Of a stretch of DNA of 64,000 bases, positions 8,557 to 23,814 are shown one piece after another. A program made the position numbers and the translations under genes. The notes under the pieces are model-generated. The model was not told the DNA's origin. It saw nothing but the letters and a program-made list of their open reading frames with translations, and did not search any database. The stretch is from positions 148,940 through 212,939 of the forward strand of contig NZ_JALDWJ010000007.1 in assembly GCF_022758295.1 (NCBI RefSeq), written 5' to 3'. The stretch's first letter is position 1. Every line of letters starts with the position of its first letter. The DNA is from Lysobacter sp. CFH 32150. Lineage in GTDB: Bacteria; Pseudomonadota; Gammaproteobacteria; Xanthomonadales; Xanthomonadaceae.

Positions 8557-9872
8557 TGCGCTGGCGTCAACGGCTGCCGTTAAGCCTGCAATTCAGCGCG
8601 GTCGCGCTGGGTTACATGGTGCTGGCCGCGGTCTTGACCCTGTTGCTCTCGCAATGGCTCGCCAACCGCTGGCTCGCCGCGGCCATCGCCGTGGTGGTCT
8701 TGCTGCCGTTGCTCGTCTATCACGTCAGCCGCGCTTTCGCGCCGATGCATTCGCTGTTCCGCGCGCTCACAGGCACGGTCAGCAGTTATCGCGACGGCGA
8801 CTACAGCTTCGGCCTGTCCTGGGACGGCGGCGGTGAACTTGGTGCACTCGTTGCCAGTCACAACGCCCTCGGCGATGCACTGCGCGACCAGCGCCTGGCA
8901 CTGGTGCAACGCGAACTGCTGCTCGACACCATGGTGCAGAACACGCCGGTGGCGATGCTGCTGGTGGATCCGGGACGCCACATCGTCCATGCCAACATCG
9001 CCGCACGCAAATTGCTGGGCGAGGGCCACAAGCTCGAGGGACACGCCTTCGACGCGCTGCTGCAAGCCGCACCTGCTGCCATGCAGCAAGCGTTCGCCAA
9101 TGGTGGCGACGGCATGTTCAGCGTCGGCGATGAAGACGACGAGGACATCTACCATCTCTCGCGCCGGCAATTCCGCCTCAACGGACGCCGCCACGAACTG
9201 ATCCTGCTGCGCCAGCTCACCGCCGAGCTGCGCCGACAGGAAGTGCATACCTGGAAGAAAGTGATCCGGGTGATCAGCCACGAACTCAACAATTCGCTCG
9301 CGCCGATCGCCTCACTGGCGCATTCCGGCGCCGAATTGTTGCGTCGTGGCCAGCTCGAGCGCTTGCCGGTCGCGTTGTCCACGATCGAGGAACGCGCGCG
9401 CCACCTCGAAGGCTTCATCCGCGGTTATGCCCGTTTCGCCAAGCTGCCGGCACCTCGCTATGAACCCGTCGCGTGGCCGCGCTTCATCGAGCAGTTGCGC
9501 GGACAAGTCGCGTTCGCGTTCGATGGCCCGGTTCCAGAAGGCAACATCCGCGTCGATGCCGCGCAGTTGGAGCAGGCGTTGCTGAACCTGCTCAAGAACG
9601 CCCACGAGTCCGGCTCCGGACCGGAGCACGTGCAACTCGCGTTGCGGCGCCTGCCCGATGCCTGGCGGATCGATGTACTCGATCGGGGCCAGGGCATGAA
9701 CGCCGCGGTGCTCGCCAATGCACTGCTGCCCTTCTATTCGACCAAGCGCAACGGCACCGGCCTGGGGCTGGCGCTGGCACGCGAGATCGCCGAAGCACAC
9801 GGCGGCCGCATCGCCCTGCTCAACCGCGAGGGTGGCGGATTGTGCGTGAGCCTGACGCTGCCTACGGCTTAG
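8557..9872 (+). CDS. Sensor histidine kinase with two N-terminal TMs, a PAS-like domain, HisKA and HATPase_c; partner of the sigma-54 regulator.
   Basis: H-box VISHELNNSLAPI, N and G boxes (LLNLLKNAHES, GTGLGLALAREIAEAHGG). The start is taken at the first ATG (8557) after the MITE. The track ORF starts at a GTG (8538) that lies inside the MITE. Confidence 0.8.
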
Positions 9873-9934
9873 ATGTGCAGATCCAACCAGGCCGAAGCAA
9901 ACACCATGTACTAAACAGCACCGGCGCCGTAGCG

Positions 9935-11305
9935 CTATTTCGGCGTCTTCACCGGCCGCTGCCATCCTTCGATGGTTTGCTGGCGGCCGCGCGCGACGGT
10001 GAGCTTGCCTTCCGGCGCCGGCTTGCTGATCACGGAACCGGCGCCGATCGTCGCGTTCCTGCCGATCGTCACCGGCGCCACCAATGACGAGTTCGACCCG
10101 ATGAAAGCGCCATCCTCGATCGTGGTCGTGCTCTTGTTCACGCCGTCGTAATTGCAGGTGATCGTACCAGCGCCAACGTTGACGCCTGCGCCGATCACGG
10201 CGTCGCCAAGATAAGCGAGATGGTTGGCCTTGCTGCCGACGCCGAGCTGCGCGTTCTTGGTCTCGACGAAGTTGCCGATGTGCACGCCATCGGCAAGCAC
10301 GGTACCGGGACGCAAGCGCGCAAACGGGCCGATCAGTACCGCGCCTTCGCTTCGCGCACCGTCGAGATCGCAATGGGCGCGCACTTCGGTGCCCGCAGCG
10401 AGTCTGACGTCCTTCAAGCGGCAAAACGGGCCGATGCGGACGCCATCGCCGAGCTCGACCCGGCCTTCCAGCACCACGTCGACATCGATCTCGACATCGC
10501 GGCCGACCGTGACCGTGCCGCGGATATCCAGCCGGGCCGGATCCACCACGCGTGCGCCCTGCAGGCATAGCGCGCGCGCGCGGCGCAGCTGGAGCGCACG
10601 TTCGAGTTGCGCGAGCTGCCACGGATCGTTGGCGCCTTCGGTCTCCATCGGGTCGGCGACCTGCACGATTTCGGCCGCGCTGAACTCGGCGGTGGCCATG
10701 GCGAAGATATCGGTGAGGTAGTACTCGCGCTGCGCGTTGTCGTTGGAAAGGCCATTGAGCCAACGCTTCAGCGCCGTCGCTTCGGCGGCGATCACGCCGG
10801 TGTTGATCACGCGGATGCGACGTTGTTCTTCGTCGGCGTCCTTCTGCTCGACGATCGCGGCGACGCGGCCTTCGGCATCGCGCAGGATCCGGCCGTAGCC
10901 GTCGGGGCTCGCCGGTTCCGCGGCCAGCACCGCAAGGCGGCCCGGTGTGGCGAGCAGGCGCTGCAGGGTTTCCGGCGTGATCAACGGGACGTCGCCGTAC
11001 AGGACCAGCACCTGGACGCCGTCGGGTACGTTCGACATCGCCTGCTGCACGGCGTGGCCGGTGCCGAGTTGCTGCGCCTGTTCGGCCCACTGCAGATCGG
11101 TCTGCTCCTCGAATGCGGCGCGCACTTGTTCGCCGCCGTGGCCGAAAACCACATGGATGCCAGCCGGGTGCAGTGCGCGCGCAGTGTCGATCACCTGTGC
11201 CAGCATCGGTCGACCGGCGATCCGTTGCAGCACCTTCGGCAACGCCGATTTCATGCGTTTGCCTTCGCCGGCGGCGAGGATGACAACGTGGAGAGGAGCA
11301 GTCAT
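9935..11305 (-). CDS. glmU: Bifunctional UDP-N-acetylglucosamine pyrophosphorylase / glucosamine-1-phosphate N-acetyltransferase GlmU.
   Basis: N-terminus [20 protein letters not shown] and C-terminal hexapeptide (LbH) repeats. The start was reset from the TTG-extended ORF (11494) to the internal ATG, giving about 457 aa. Confidence 0.9.
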   Translation of the reverse strand: MTAPLHVVILAAGEGKRMKSALPKVLQRIAGRPMLAQVIDTARALHPAGIHVVFGHGGEQVRAAFEEQTDLQWAEQAQQLGTGHAVQQAMSNVPDGVQVLVLYGDVPLITPETLQRLLATPGRLAVLAAEPASPDGYGRILRDAEGRVAAIVEQKDADEEQRRIRVINTGVIAAEATALKRWLNGLSNDNAQREYYLTDIFAMATAEFSAAEIVQVADPMETEGANDPWQLAQLERALQLRRARALCLQGARVVDPARLDIRGTVTVGRDVEIDVDVVLEGRVELGDGVRIGPFCRLKDVRLAAGTEVRAHCDLDGARSEGAVLIGPFARLRPGTVLADGVHIGNFVETKNAQLGVGSKANHLAYLGDAVIGAGVNVGAGTITCNYDGVNKSTTTIEDGAFIGSNSSLVAPVTIGRNATIGAGSVISKPAPEGKLTVARGRQQTIEGWQRPVKTPK

Positions 11306-11372
11306 GCGAGCCTCGGCGATATGCCTCGCGGGTGTCTGCGACAATCTTAGCAACCCCCGACACGTCGCCCGC

Positions 11373-12938
11373 ATGAACCCTTCGCTGCCGGCCAGGCTAT
11401 TTTCCCTCCGCAGCTGGATCGTGGCGTTGAGCATCGCGCTGCCGCTGCTTGTGCTCGTTCGCCAGGGACAGGACGCGAACTGGGATCTGCGCAACTACCA
11501 CCTCTACAACCCGCACGCGTGGTTACACGGGCGCCTGGCGATCGACATCGCCCCGGCGCAGCTGCAGAGCTGGCACAACCCGTTGCTCGACCTTCCGTTT
11601 TACCTGATGGCGCAAGCCGGCTGGCCCGGCTTGGTGGTCAGCCTGTGGCTGACTTTGCCCTTCATCGTCTCGTTGTACTGCCTGCTGCGTATCCAGCAGC
11701 GCATGACCGGCGGCGGCGCAACCCGGATCGGAGCCGTTGCGCTTGCCGCGATCGCGATCACCGGGGCTGCCACCCACCCTTCGCTGGGCACTACCCTCAA
11801 CGATGGCTTCGTCGCGGCCGTAGCGATGGCGAGCTTGTTCCTGCTGTTGCGTCGCGACGCGCCGAAGCCCAGCGATTGGCTGTGGGCGGGCGTGCTGGGC
11901 GGTGCGATGGCCGGTCTCAAACTGACTGCGGCGATCTATTGCCTGGGCCTGGCCGGCGCGGCGTTGGTCGCGTGCCGTTGGCAGGACGCGCCCAAACGAT
12001 TGGCCATGCTGATGCTGGGCGGTATCGCCGGGTTCATCCTGACCTATGGCTATTGGGGATGGACCGTGCAGCAGATGCATGGCAATCCGATGTTTCCTTA
12101 CTTCAACCAGATATTCCATTCGCCCGGCGCATTGCCGACCGCGCACGCGGACGCCCGGTTCCGTCCGCAAACCCTGATTGACGCCTTGCTGACGCCATTC
12201 CGGTTGTTGCAGATGTCGAATCGTTACTCCGAACTTGAATTGCGCGATCCGCGCCTGCTGACCGGCATCGTCTGCTTCCCACTGCTGTTGTGGCTGGGCA
12301 AGCACTGGCCAGAGCACAAGGAGAAGCTGCGCATGCTCGCGGCGTTCTTCTTCGTCTCGCTCGTGGTCTGGCTGTACCTCTACGGCATCTACCGCTACGC
12401 CCTGCCGCTCGAGATGCTGGCGGCGTTGCCGTTGGTGTTGCTGCTGCAGCGGCTTCCGCAACCATGGGCACGCATCGCGCTGATCGTGGCGGCGTTGGCG
12501 TTTGTCAAAGTCACCATCCGTCCGGACTGGAACCACACCCGCTTCACCACGCCCATGGTCCAGGTCGACATGCCCACGTTGCCGGTTGGATCGATGCTGG
12601 TCGTCAGCAGCCAGGAGCCGCTCGCTTACGCGTTGCTCGCCATAGCCGATGACGTTCCCGTCGTCTCCATCTACAACAATTTCATGATCCCGGAGCGTTG
12701 CACCGGCCTGCAGGCGCAGGCAGAGCGACGGATTGCCTCGCACCAGGGGCCGCTATGGCTGTTGCGCACGCCATCGGAAGCCGACGACGTGGGCGAAACG
12801 ATCGCGCGGCAGTACGGGTTGACGAGTGCCGGCTGCCAGCAGGTGCCGACTAGCCTTGGCGAGTTGCGACTGTGCCGGTTGCAGCACCGGCCGGCTCCGA
12901 TTGCATGCCAGGTCCCCGCGCCAGCACCTGGTCGGTGA
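11373..12938 (+). CDS. Polytopic membrane protein, probably a GT-C-type glycosyltransferase (ArnT/PMT/DUF2029-like).
   Basis: 521 aa with at least 10 predicted TM helices. Start reset to [10 protein letters not shown]. It is adjacent to GT2 and GtrA genes. The family assignment is inferred, not motif-proven. Confidence 0.55.
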   Translation: MNPSLPARLFSLRSWIVALSIALPLLVLVRQGQDANWDLRNYHLYNPHAWLHGRLAIDIAPAQLQSWHNPLLDLPFYLMAQAGWPGLVVSLWLTLPFIVSLYCLLRIQQRMTGGGATRIGAVALAAIAITGAATHPSLGTTLNDGFVAAVAMASLFLLLRRDAPKPSDWLWAGVLGGAMAGLKLTAAIYCLGLAGAALVACRWQDAPKRLAMLMLGGIAGFILTYGYWGWTVQQMHGNPMFPYFNQIFHSPGALPTAHADARFRPQTLIDALLTPFRLLQMSNRYSELELRDPRLLTGIVCFPLLLWLGKHWPEHKEKLRMLAAFFFVSLVVWLYLYGIYRYALPLEMLAALPLVLLLQRLPQPWARIALIVAALAFVKVTIRPDWNHTRFTTPMVQVDMPTLPVGSMLVVSSQEPLAYALLAIADDVPVVSIYNNFMIPERCTGLQAQAERRIASHQGPLWLLRTPSEADDVGETIARQYGLTSAGCQQVPTSLGELRLCRLQHRPAPIACQVPAPAPGR

Positions 12939-13839
12939 TCAGGCGTAGCAGTTCCTGGCTACGGCGGTTGACCGTGTCGAGGATCAGGCCCGTGGCCAAC
13001 GACAGCATGCCCGCCAGGACCAGGGCCACCGCGAGCACCGCGGTCGACGGATGGGTGACCGAACCGGTCAGGGCGAATTCGCGCACCACGAAGGCGCCGA
13101 AGGACAGTCCCGCCGCCATGCAGGCCATGGCGATCGCGCCGAAGAAGAACAACGGACGATAGTCCTTGTACAAAAACAGGATCGTGCGCAGGACGCGCAA
13201 ACCATCGCGGTAGGTATTGAGCTTGGAATAACTGCCTTCCGGCCGCGATCCGTATGCGACCGGCACTTCCCGCATGTGCAATCCCTGCGCCAGGGCGAAG
13301 ACGGTCATCTCGGTCTCGATTTCGAACCCGTGCGACAGCACCGGCATCGACCGCACGAAGCGCCTGCTGAAGGCGCGGTATCCGGACAGGACATCGGCCA
13401 GCGAGGCATTGAACAGGCGCGATATCACCGCGCGTACGAGCCGGTTCCCGATGCCATGGAAGCGACGGAATGCACGCGCATCATGGTCTTCCAGACGCGT
13501 GGCCACCACCATGTCGGCGTCGCCGGAAAGGACGGGCTGCAGCAGCAGCCGGGCGCTGTCGGCCGGATAGGTGTCATCGCCATCGACCATCAGCAGCACG
13601 TCGGCGTCGATCTCCCGAAACATCCACCGCACCACATGCCCCTTACCCTTGCTGGCGACGGTATGCACCCGTGCACCGGCTTCGCGCGCGCGCGCAGCCG
13701 TGGCATCCGTGCTCGCGTTGTCGAAGACATGGATCGTCGCCTCCGGCAGCGCGGCGCGAAAATCAGCGACCACCTTGGCCACGGTCTGTTCTTCGTTGTG
13801 GCACGGGATCGCGACGGCGATCGAAGCAATGGAGGCCAT
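12850..13839 (-). CDS. GT2-family glycosyltransferase (polyprenyl-phosphate sugar transferase, GtrB/ArnC/DPM1-like).
   Basis: N-terminal motif IAVAIPCHNEE, DGDD (DXD), and two C-terminal TM helices. It overlaps the 3' end of the convergent membrane-protein gene by about 89 bp. Confidence 0.8.
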   Translation of the reverse strand: MASIASIAVAIPCHNEEQTVAKVVADFRAALPEATIHVFDNASTDATAARAREAGARVHTVASKGKGHVVRWMFREIDADVLLMVDGDDTYPADSARLLLQPVLSGDADMVVATRLEDHDARAFRRFHGIGNRLVRAVISRLFNASLADVLSGYRAFSRRFVRSMPVLSHGFEIETEMTVFALAQGLHMREVPVAYGSRPEGSYSKLNTYRDGLRVLRTILFLYKDYRPLFFFGAIAMACMAAGLSFGAFVVREFALTGSVTHPSTAVLAVALVLAGMLSLATGLILDTVNRRSQELLRLITDQVLARGPGMQSEPAGAATGTVATRQG

Positions 13840-13934
13840 GTCGGATCCTGCTTGGGTGCGAGTCATTATCCGTTATCCGTTGGCGGGCGGTGCACTGGTA
13901 GCATTCCCGCGGACATGATTGCCCCATACGAACA

Positions 13935-14330
13935 ATGGACGACGCCATGAGCCTGGGCCGACAGGGCAGGAACTATCTACTGCTCGGCGGTTTGCAGTGG
14001 CTGGTGGATTGTGCCGTGATGATGGCATTGAGCCATGCCGGCATGCCGGTGGAACCCGCCAACATCGCCGGCCGCATCAGCGGTGCGCTGCTCGGTTACT
14101 GGCTCAACGGCCGCATCACCTTCGCCAGCGAGCACAATACGCTCGGCCGCACGCAGTTCATGCGTTTCCTGGCGATGTGGCTCTGCACGACCGCGATCAG
14201 CACCTCGGCCCTGGGCGTCATCGATGACCTGGCGGGACTGAAATGGGCCTGGGTCGCGAAGCCGGGATTGGAAGTGTTGCTGGGCGCCCTCGGATTCGTG
14301 ATCTCGCGGCACTGGGTCTACCGACGCTGA
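13935..14330 (+). CDS. GtrA-family small membrane protein (polysaccharide or lipid-linked sugar translocation).
   Basis: 131 aa with four TM helices and a GtrA-like pattern. An alternative start is at 13947. Confidence 0.65.
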   Translation: MDDAMSLGRQGRNYLLLGGLQWLVDCAVMMALSHAGMPVEPANIAGRISGALLGYWLNGRITFASEHNTLGRTQFMRFLAMWLCTTAISTSALGVIDDLAGLKWAWVAKPGLEVLLGALGFVISRHWVYRR

Positions 14331-14337
14331 GATACGA

Positions 14338-14370
14338 ATAAAAACGCCGGCGCGAGGCCGGCGTTTTTAT
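14338..14370. terminator. Bidirectional intrinsic terminator aaaaacgccggcgcgaggccggcgttttt between the convergent GtrA and atpC genes.
   Basis: GC-rich stem with A and T runs on both sides. Confidence 0.7.
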
Positions 14371-14394
14371 GTACATCGCCGCGGTAGCGGGGGC

Positions 14395-14820
14395 TCAGTG
14401 CTTCATGCTCTTGCGCAAACGCTCGAGCGCCTGCAGCTGCACCAGGCTCATGGCCAGCTGTGCTTCGGCTTCCTGCGCGCTCATCTTCGGATCCTTCTGC
14501 GCCAGTACGCGTTCGGCTTCGGCCTTGGCGGCAAGCACTGCGGCTTCGTCGATATCCTGCGCACGCACGGCGGTGTCGGCCAGCACGGTCACGACCTGCG
14601 GCTGCACCTCGAGGATGCCGCCGGAGATCGCGAAGTCGAGCTTCTCGCCGCCCGGCAGCGTGACCACGACCTTGCCCGGCTTCAACCGGGTGATCAGCGG
14701 TGCGTGCTTCGGCGCGATGCCGAGTTCGCCGAGCTCGCCAGTGGCGACGACCAGTTCCGCCTCACCGTGGAAGATCTCGGCTTCGGCGCTGACGATGTCG
14801 CAACGGATTGTGGATGCCAT
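14395..14820 (-). CDS. atpC: F0F1 ATP synthase subunit epsilon.
   Basis: 141 aa, [21 protein letters not shown]..., directly downstream of atpD. Confidence 0.95.
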   Translation of the reverse strand: MASTIRCDIVSAEAEIFHGEAELVVATGELGELGIAPKHAPLITRLKPGKVVVTLPGGEKLDFAISGGILEVQPQVVTVLADTAVRAQDIDEAAVLAAKAEAERVLAQKDPKMSAQEAEAQLAMSLVQLQALERLRKSMKH

Positions 14821-14845
14821 GGTGATTCCTCGGTAAGGCGATCGA

Positions 14846-16335
<1,490 letters not shown>

Positions 16336-16347
16336 GAGTGGTTAGGT

Positions 16348-17211
16348 TTAGACCGCCGCGGCGCCGCCGACGATTTCGGAAATTTCCTGGGTGATCGCCG
16401 CCTGGCGAGCCTTGTTGTAGACCAGTTGCAGCGTGCCGATCAGCTTGGTGGCGTTGTCCGACGCCGACTTCATCGCGACCATGCGCGCGGCATGCTCGGA
16501 GGCGACGTTTTCCATCACCGCCTGGTACACCAGCGACTCGACGTAGCGGGTCAGCACGTGCTCCAGCACCGCCTGCGCATCGGGTTCGTACAGGTAATCC
16601 CAGTCGTGGTGCGCGATCGTCGTCTCCGCGGCCGGCAACGGCAGCAGCTGATCGAACGTCGCGCGCTGGGTCATGGTGTTGACGAAATCGTTGTAGGCCA
16701 GGAAGACCTTGTCGACCTTGCCGGCGCTGTACGCATCGAGCATGACCTTGATCACACCGACCAGTTGCTCGACATGCGGCACGTCGCCCAGATGGGTGAC
16801 CGACGCGAGCATCTCGACCTTGATCCGGCGGAAGAACACCGAAGCCTTCTGACCGATGGTGACGACGTCGACTTCGACGCCCTGCTCCTGCCACCTGCGG
16901 AACTCGCCCAGCAGCTTGCGGAACAGGTTGTTGTTGAGTCCGCCGGCCAGGCCGCGGTCGGATGACACGATGATGTAGCCGACGCGCTTGGTTTCGGCGC
17001 GTTCGACCAGGTAGGGATGCTTGAACTCGGAATTGGCCTGCGCCAAGTGTCCGATCACCTGCTTCATCGCGCGCGCATATGGGCGCGACGCCTTCATCCG
17101 ATCCTGCGCCTTGCGGATCTTGGAGGCCGAGACCATCTCGAGCGCGCGCGTCACCTTGCGGGTGTTCTGCACGCTCTTGATCTTGGTTTTGATTTCTCTG
17201 CCGCCGGCCAT
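16348..17211 (-). CDS. atpG: F0F1 ATP synthase subunit gamma.
   Basis: 287 aa, [31 protein letters not shown]. Confidence 0.95.
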   Translation of the reverse strand: MAGGREIKTKIKSVQNTRKVTRALEMVSASKIRKAQDRMKASRPYARAMKQVIGHLAQANSEFKHPYLVERAETKRVGYIIVSSDRGLAGGLNNNLFRKLLGEFRRWQEQGVEVDVVTIGQKASVFFRRIKVEMLASVTHLGDVPHVEQLVGVIKVMLDAYSAGKVDKVFLAYNDFVNTMTQRATFDQLLPLPAAETTIAHHDWDYLYEPDAQAVLEHVLTRYVESLVYQAVMENVASEHAARMVAMKSASDNATKLIGTLQLVYNKARQAAITQEISEIVGGAAAV

Positions 17212-17221
17212 GTCTTTTCTC

Positions 17222-17323
17222 GTGTAGGGCGGGTTTCAACCCGCCGTCTCGATCTGTATTTCTTCGCGATGGCGGGTCAAGACCCGCTTCGCGTCGTCAG
17301 GGCGGGTCAAGACCCGCCCTGCG
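17222..17323. repeat. Cluster of three REP family A units (GGCGGGT(T/C)(AA/TT)GACCCGCC) between atpG and atpA.
   Basis: The units gggcgggtttcaacccgcc, ggcgggtcaagacccgc and gggcgggtcaagacccgccc were read directly. Confidence 0.7.
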
Positions 17324-17324
17324 G

Positions 17325-18875
<1,551 letters not shown>

Positions 18876-18942
18876 GGGTGGTTCCCTATGTGCCGACGTT
18901 GCCGCCGGCGTGTGCAAATGAATTCTGTTTTTAAAAATGCAA

Positions 18943-19470
18943 TCAGTTAGCTAGTGCGGACTGCAGGCGGCCGAGCTTGCCCTTGAGCGAGCCGTCGATG
19001 ACGACGTCGCCAGCATCGATCACCGCGCCGCCGATCAGGCTTTCATCGACGGCCGTCTCGAGCTCGACCTCGCGGCCGAAGCGCTTCTTCAGCGCAGCCT
19101 TGATGGTGTCGAGTTCGCCGGCCGGCAATGCCGTCGCCGAGGTCACCCTCGCCTTCACGACGCGCTCGGCTTCGAAACGCAGCTCGTCGTACAGACCGGC
19201 GATTTCCGGCAGCAGGGCGAGACGACGGTTGTCGGCGAGCAGCGCGAGGAAGCGACCGAAGTTTTCGTCCGCGCCGTCCGGCGACAGCAAGGTCACCGCA
19301 TCGGCGTGGGTCAGCTTCGGGTTGCCGAGCAGCGTCTGCACCTGCGGATCGACAGCGACGCGCGCAGCAAAGCCGAGCGCGTCCGACCATGCGGCGAGCT
19401 TGCCGGCGTCGCGCGCGAGCGAGAACCCGGCACGGGCGTAGGGGCGGGCGAGGGTCAGGGCCTGGCTCAT
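18943..19470 (-). CDS. atpH: F0F1 ATP synthase subunit delta.
   Basis: 175 aa, OSCP/delta-like, positioned between atpA and atpF. Confidence 0.9.
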   Translation of the reverse strand: MSQALTLARPYARAGFSLARDAGKLAAWSDALGFAARVAVDPQVQTLLGNPKLTHADAVTLLSPDGADENFGRFLALLADNRRLALLPEIAGLYDELRFEAERVVKARVTSATALPAGELDTIKAALKKRFGREVELETAVDESLIGGAVIDAGDVVIDGSLKGKLGRLQSALAN

Positions 19471-19494
19471 CGTGATGCTCCTAAAAGGCCCGTT

Positions 19495-19965
19495 TTAGAG
19501 CTGCGCGGCCAGTTCGTCGATCAACGCCTTGTGGGCGTTGGCGTCGATCTCGCGCTTGAGCAGCTTTTCGGCACCGCTGACCGCGAGCGCGGACACCTGC
19601 TTGCGCAGGTCTTCCTTGGCACGGTTGGCGGCGGCAGTGATCTCGGCCTCGGCCAACGCCTTCTGCCGGTTGGCTTCGGAGATGGCGTCGTTCTTGGCCT
19701 GGTCGATGATCTGATTGGCGCGGTGATGCGCCTGATCGATGATCTCGTTGGCCTTCACGCGGGCGTCCTTCAACGCCTCGTTGACCTTGTCCTGCGCCTG
19801 CGCCAGGTTCTTCTGCGCGTTGTCGGCAGCGGCGAGGCCTTCAGCGATCTTCTGCTGACGCTCCTCGATCGCCGACATCAACGGCGGCCAGATGAACTTG
19901 ACGGTGAACCAGATGAGGATCGCGAACGAGATCATCTGGCCAAGCAGGGTGTAATTCAGATTCAT
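19495..19965 (-). CDS. atpF: F0F1 ATP synthase subunit b.
   Basis: Start reset to [20 protein letters not shown], a single N-terminal TM followed by a long helical region. Confidence 0.9.
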   Translation of the reverse strand: MNLNYTLLGQMISFAILIWFTVKFIWPPLMSAIEERQQKIAEGLAAADNAQKNLAQAQDKVNEALKDARVKANEIIDQAHHRANQIIDQAKNDAISEANRQKALAEAEITAAANRAKEDLRKQVSALAVSGAEKLLKREIDANAHKALIDELAAQL

Positions 19966-20049
19966 GTCGTGACCTGCAAATCGGGTGGCGCCGCGGCAGC
20001 ACGCCGCGGCACTTCTGCAACAGCGCGGGCGCAATGCCCGCGCTTCGGC

Positions 20050-21593
<1,544 letters not shown>

Positions 21594-21914
21594 GCGCGTG
21601 ATCCGGGGGAGTGGCAGGGGCTGCGGGCAGGCTTTGCAATCAAAACCTCCCCGCGGAGCCGCAAAAGTATAGCAGTCGGCCATTTTCAGCGGCAACCGCC
21701 GAAAGGCGTGAATTTCCATACGGGGTGCACCTGTAGGCGTATGCGCGCCGGCGCTGCACGCATTCGTGCACGGAACCTTTGCTCGCCCTCCGGGTCAGTC
21801 CTGCGGAGGCCTGCTTCTACTTCCTCGTCGGTCCTCGTGGCAGGTCTTCGGAAGCCCCGGCGTTCGCGTCGGGGCTTCGCTTTTTGCAGGAGCTGTGTGG
21901 GGGGCTATGGCATT

Positions 21915-21983
21915 TGTGGGAGCGACGCAAGTCGCGATGGGGGAGCTCAACGACCACTTGATCGCTACTTACGTCGCTCCCAC
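21915..21983. repeat. REP family B pair (gtgggagcgacgcaagtcgcga ... tcgctacttacgtcgctcccac) in the atpI-lpd intergenic region.
   Basis: Inverted 22-bp units read directly. Confidence 0.7.
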
Positions 21984-22013
21984 AAACCCCACAAAACAGG
22001 AAGAGGTGCAGCC

Positions 22014-23789
22014 TCAGCCCTTCTTCCTGGGCACGTACAGGTCGGTGATCGTGCCTTCGTAGACCTCGGCCGCCATGCCGACGGATTCGCTCAACGTCGG
22101 ATGCGGATGGATGGTGTGGCCGATGTCGGCGGCTTCGGCGCCCATCTCGATCGCGAGCCCGATTTCACTGATCAGGTCGCCGGCATGCGGGCCGACGATG
22201 CCACCACCGATCACGCGATGCGTGGCTTCGTCGAAGATCAACTTGGTGAAACCCTCGGTGCGCCCGATGCCGATCGCGCGGCCACTCGCCGCCCACGGGA
22301 ACTTGCCTACGCCGTAGTGCAGGCCTTTGGCCTTCGCCTCGGTTTCGGTGACACCAACCCATGCGATCTCCGGATCGGTGAATGCGACCGACGGAACTAC
22401 CCGCGCAACCCATTCGCGCTTCTGACCAGCCGCGACTTCGGCCGCGAGATGGCCTTCATGCGTTGCCTTGTGCGCGAGCATCGGCTGTCCGACCAGATCG
22501 CCGATCGCGAAGATGTGCGGCACGTTGGTGCGCATCTGCCGGTTCACCGGGATCAGGCCGCGCTCGGTCACGTTGACGCCAGCCTTATCGGCGGCGAGCT
22601 TGCCACCGTTCGCGGCACGACCAACTGCGACCAGCACGCGGTCGAACAATTTCGTTTCTGGAATGCTGGCACCGTCGAAAGCGACGCTGATGCCATCCTT
22701 CTGCGCCTTGGCTTCGACGACCTTGGTTTTCAGGTGGATCGCGACGCCCTGCTTCTTCAGGCGATCGGCGAGCGGCTTGACCAGGTCGAGGTCGGCGCCG
22801 GGCATCAGCTGATCCATCAATTCGACGACGGTCACTGCACTGCCGAGTGCGCGGAACACCGTCGCCATCTCCAAACCGATGATGCCACCGCCGACGACGA
22901 GCAGCTTGTTCGGAATCTCGGCGAGCTCAAGCGCGTCGGTGGAATCCATCACGCGCGCATCGTCCCAGGGGAAGCCCGGCAACTTCACCGGCTGGCTGCC
23001 GGCGGCGATGATGCATTGCTCGAAACGCAGCAGTTTCTTCCCGTCGGCGCCGTCGATCTCGATTTCATTCGCCGACACGAACTGCGCCACACCCGTCGCC
23101 ACGCGCACCTTGCGCTGCTTGGCCATGCCGGTCAGGCCCTTGGTCAGCTGGCCGACGACCTTGCCCTTGTAGTCGCGCAACTTGTCGAGCGTGATCTTCG
23201 GTTTGCCGAAGTCGACACCGTAGTCGCTGGCGTGCGCGGCTTCATCGATCACCGCAGCGGCATGCAGCAACGCCTTCGACGGAATGCAGCCGACGTTGAG
23301 ACAGACGCCGCCGAGTTGCGGGAAGCGCTCGACCAGTACCGTGTCGAGACCGAGGTCGGCCGCACGGAACGCGGCGCTGTAACCACCCGGACCGGCGCCG
23401 ATCACGACGATGCGGCATTCGATATCGGCCTTGCGGCCGCTGGCTGACGCAGCCTTGGGCGTGGGCGCTGCGGGTTGTGCGGCAGGCGGCGCAGCGGGTG
23501 TCGGCGCTGCAGGCTTCGGTTCGGCCTTTGCCACAGGCGCCACGCCCGCATCCACGCTTTCGACGATCGCCACGACGCTGCCTTCCGACAGCTTGTCGCC
23601 GACCTTGACCTTCAATTCCTTGACCACGCCCGCCACCGACGACGGCACTTCCATCGTCGCCTTGTCCGATTCCAGCGTGACCAGGCCCTGGTCCTTCGCC
23701 ACGGTGTCGCCGACCGCGACCAGTACTTCGATCACTGGCACATCGTCGTAGCCACCGATATCGGGAACCTTGACTTCGATCATGGGCAT
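22014..23789 (-). CDS. lpdA: Dihydrolipoyl dehydrogenase (E3) with an N-terminal lipoyl domain.
   Basis: Lipoyl motif [11 protein letters not shown]; FAD and disulfide motif [13 protein letters not shown]; C-terminal HAHPTLSE. Start reset to MPMIEVKV. The longer ORF N-terminus is Pro/Arg-rich and implausible. Confidence 0.9.
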   Translation of the reverse strand: MPMIEVKVPDIGGYDDVPVIEVLVAVGDTVAKDQGLVTLESDKATMEVPSSVAGVVKELKVKVGDKLSEGSVVAIVESVDAGVAPVAKAEPKPAAPTPAAPPAAQPAAPTPKAASASGRKADIECRIVVIGAGPGGYSAAFRAADLGLDTVLVERFPQLGGVCLNVGCIPSKALLHAAAVIDEAAHASDYGVDFGKPKITLDKLRDYKGKVVGQLTKGLTGMAKQRKVRVATGVAQFVSANEIEIDGADGKKLLRFEQCIIAAGSQPVKLPGFPWDDARVMDSTDALELAEIPNKLLVVGGGIIGLEMATVFRALGSAVTVVELMDQLMPGADLDLVKPLADRLKKQGVAIHLKTKVVEAKAQKDGISVAFDGASIPETKLFDRVLVAVGRAANGGKLAADKAGVNVTERGLIPVNRQMRTNVPHIFAIGDLVGQPMLAHKATHEGHLAAEVAAGQKREWVARVVPSVAFTDPEIAWVGVTETEAKAKGLHYGVGKFPWAASGRAIGIGRTEGFTKLIFDEATHRVIGGGIVGPHAGDLISEIGLAIEMGAEAADIGHTIHPHPTLSESVGMAAEVYEGTITDLYVPRKKG

Positions 23790-23814
23790 GGCTGAAACGT
23801 CCTGTCGGGGCCGA

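Noticed and set aside
9312-11363. 683-aa minus-strand ORF spanning the kinase 3' end and glmU
   Set aside because: It is an Arg-rich low-complexity frame artefact. The real genes are the kinase (plus strand) and glmU (another minus frame, 9935-11305).
21708-23447. 579-aa plus-strand ORF
   Set aside because: Antisense shadow of the lipoyl-Lpd gene. It also traverses the REP pair.
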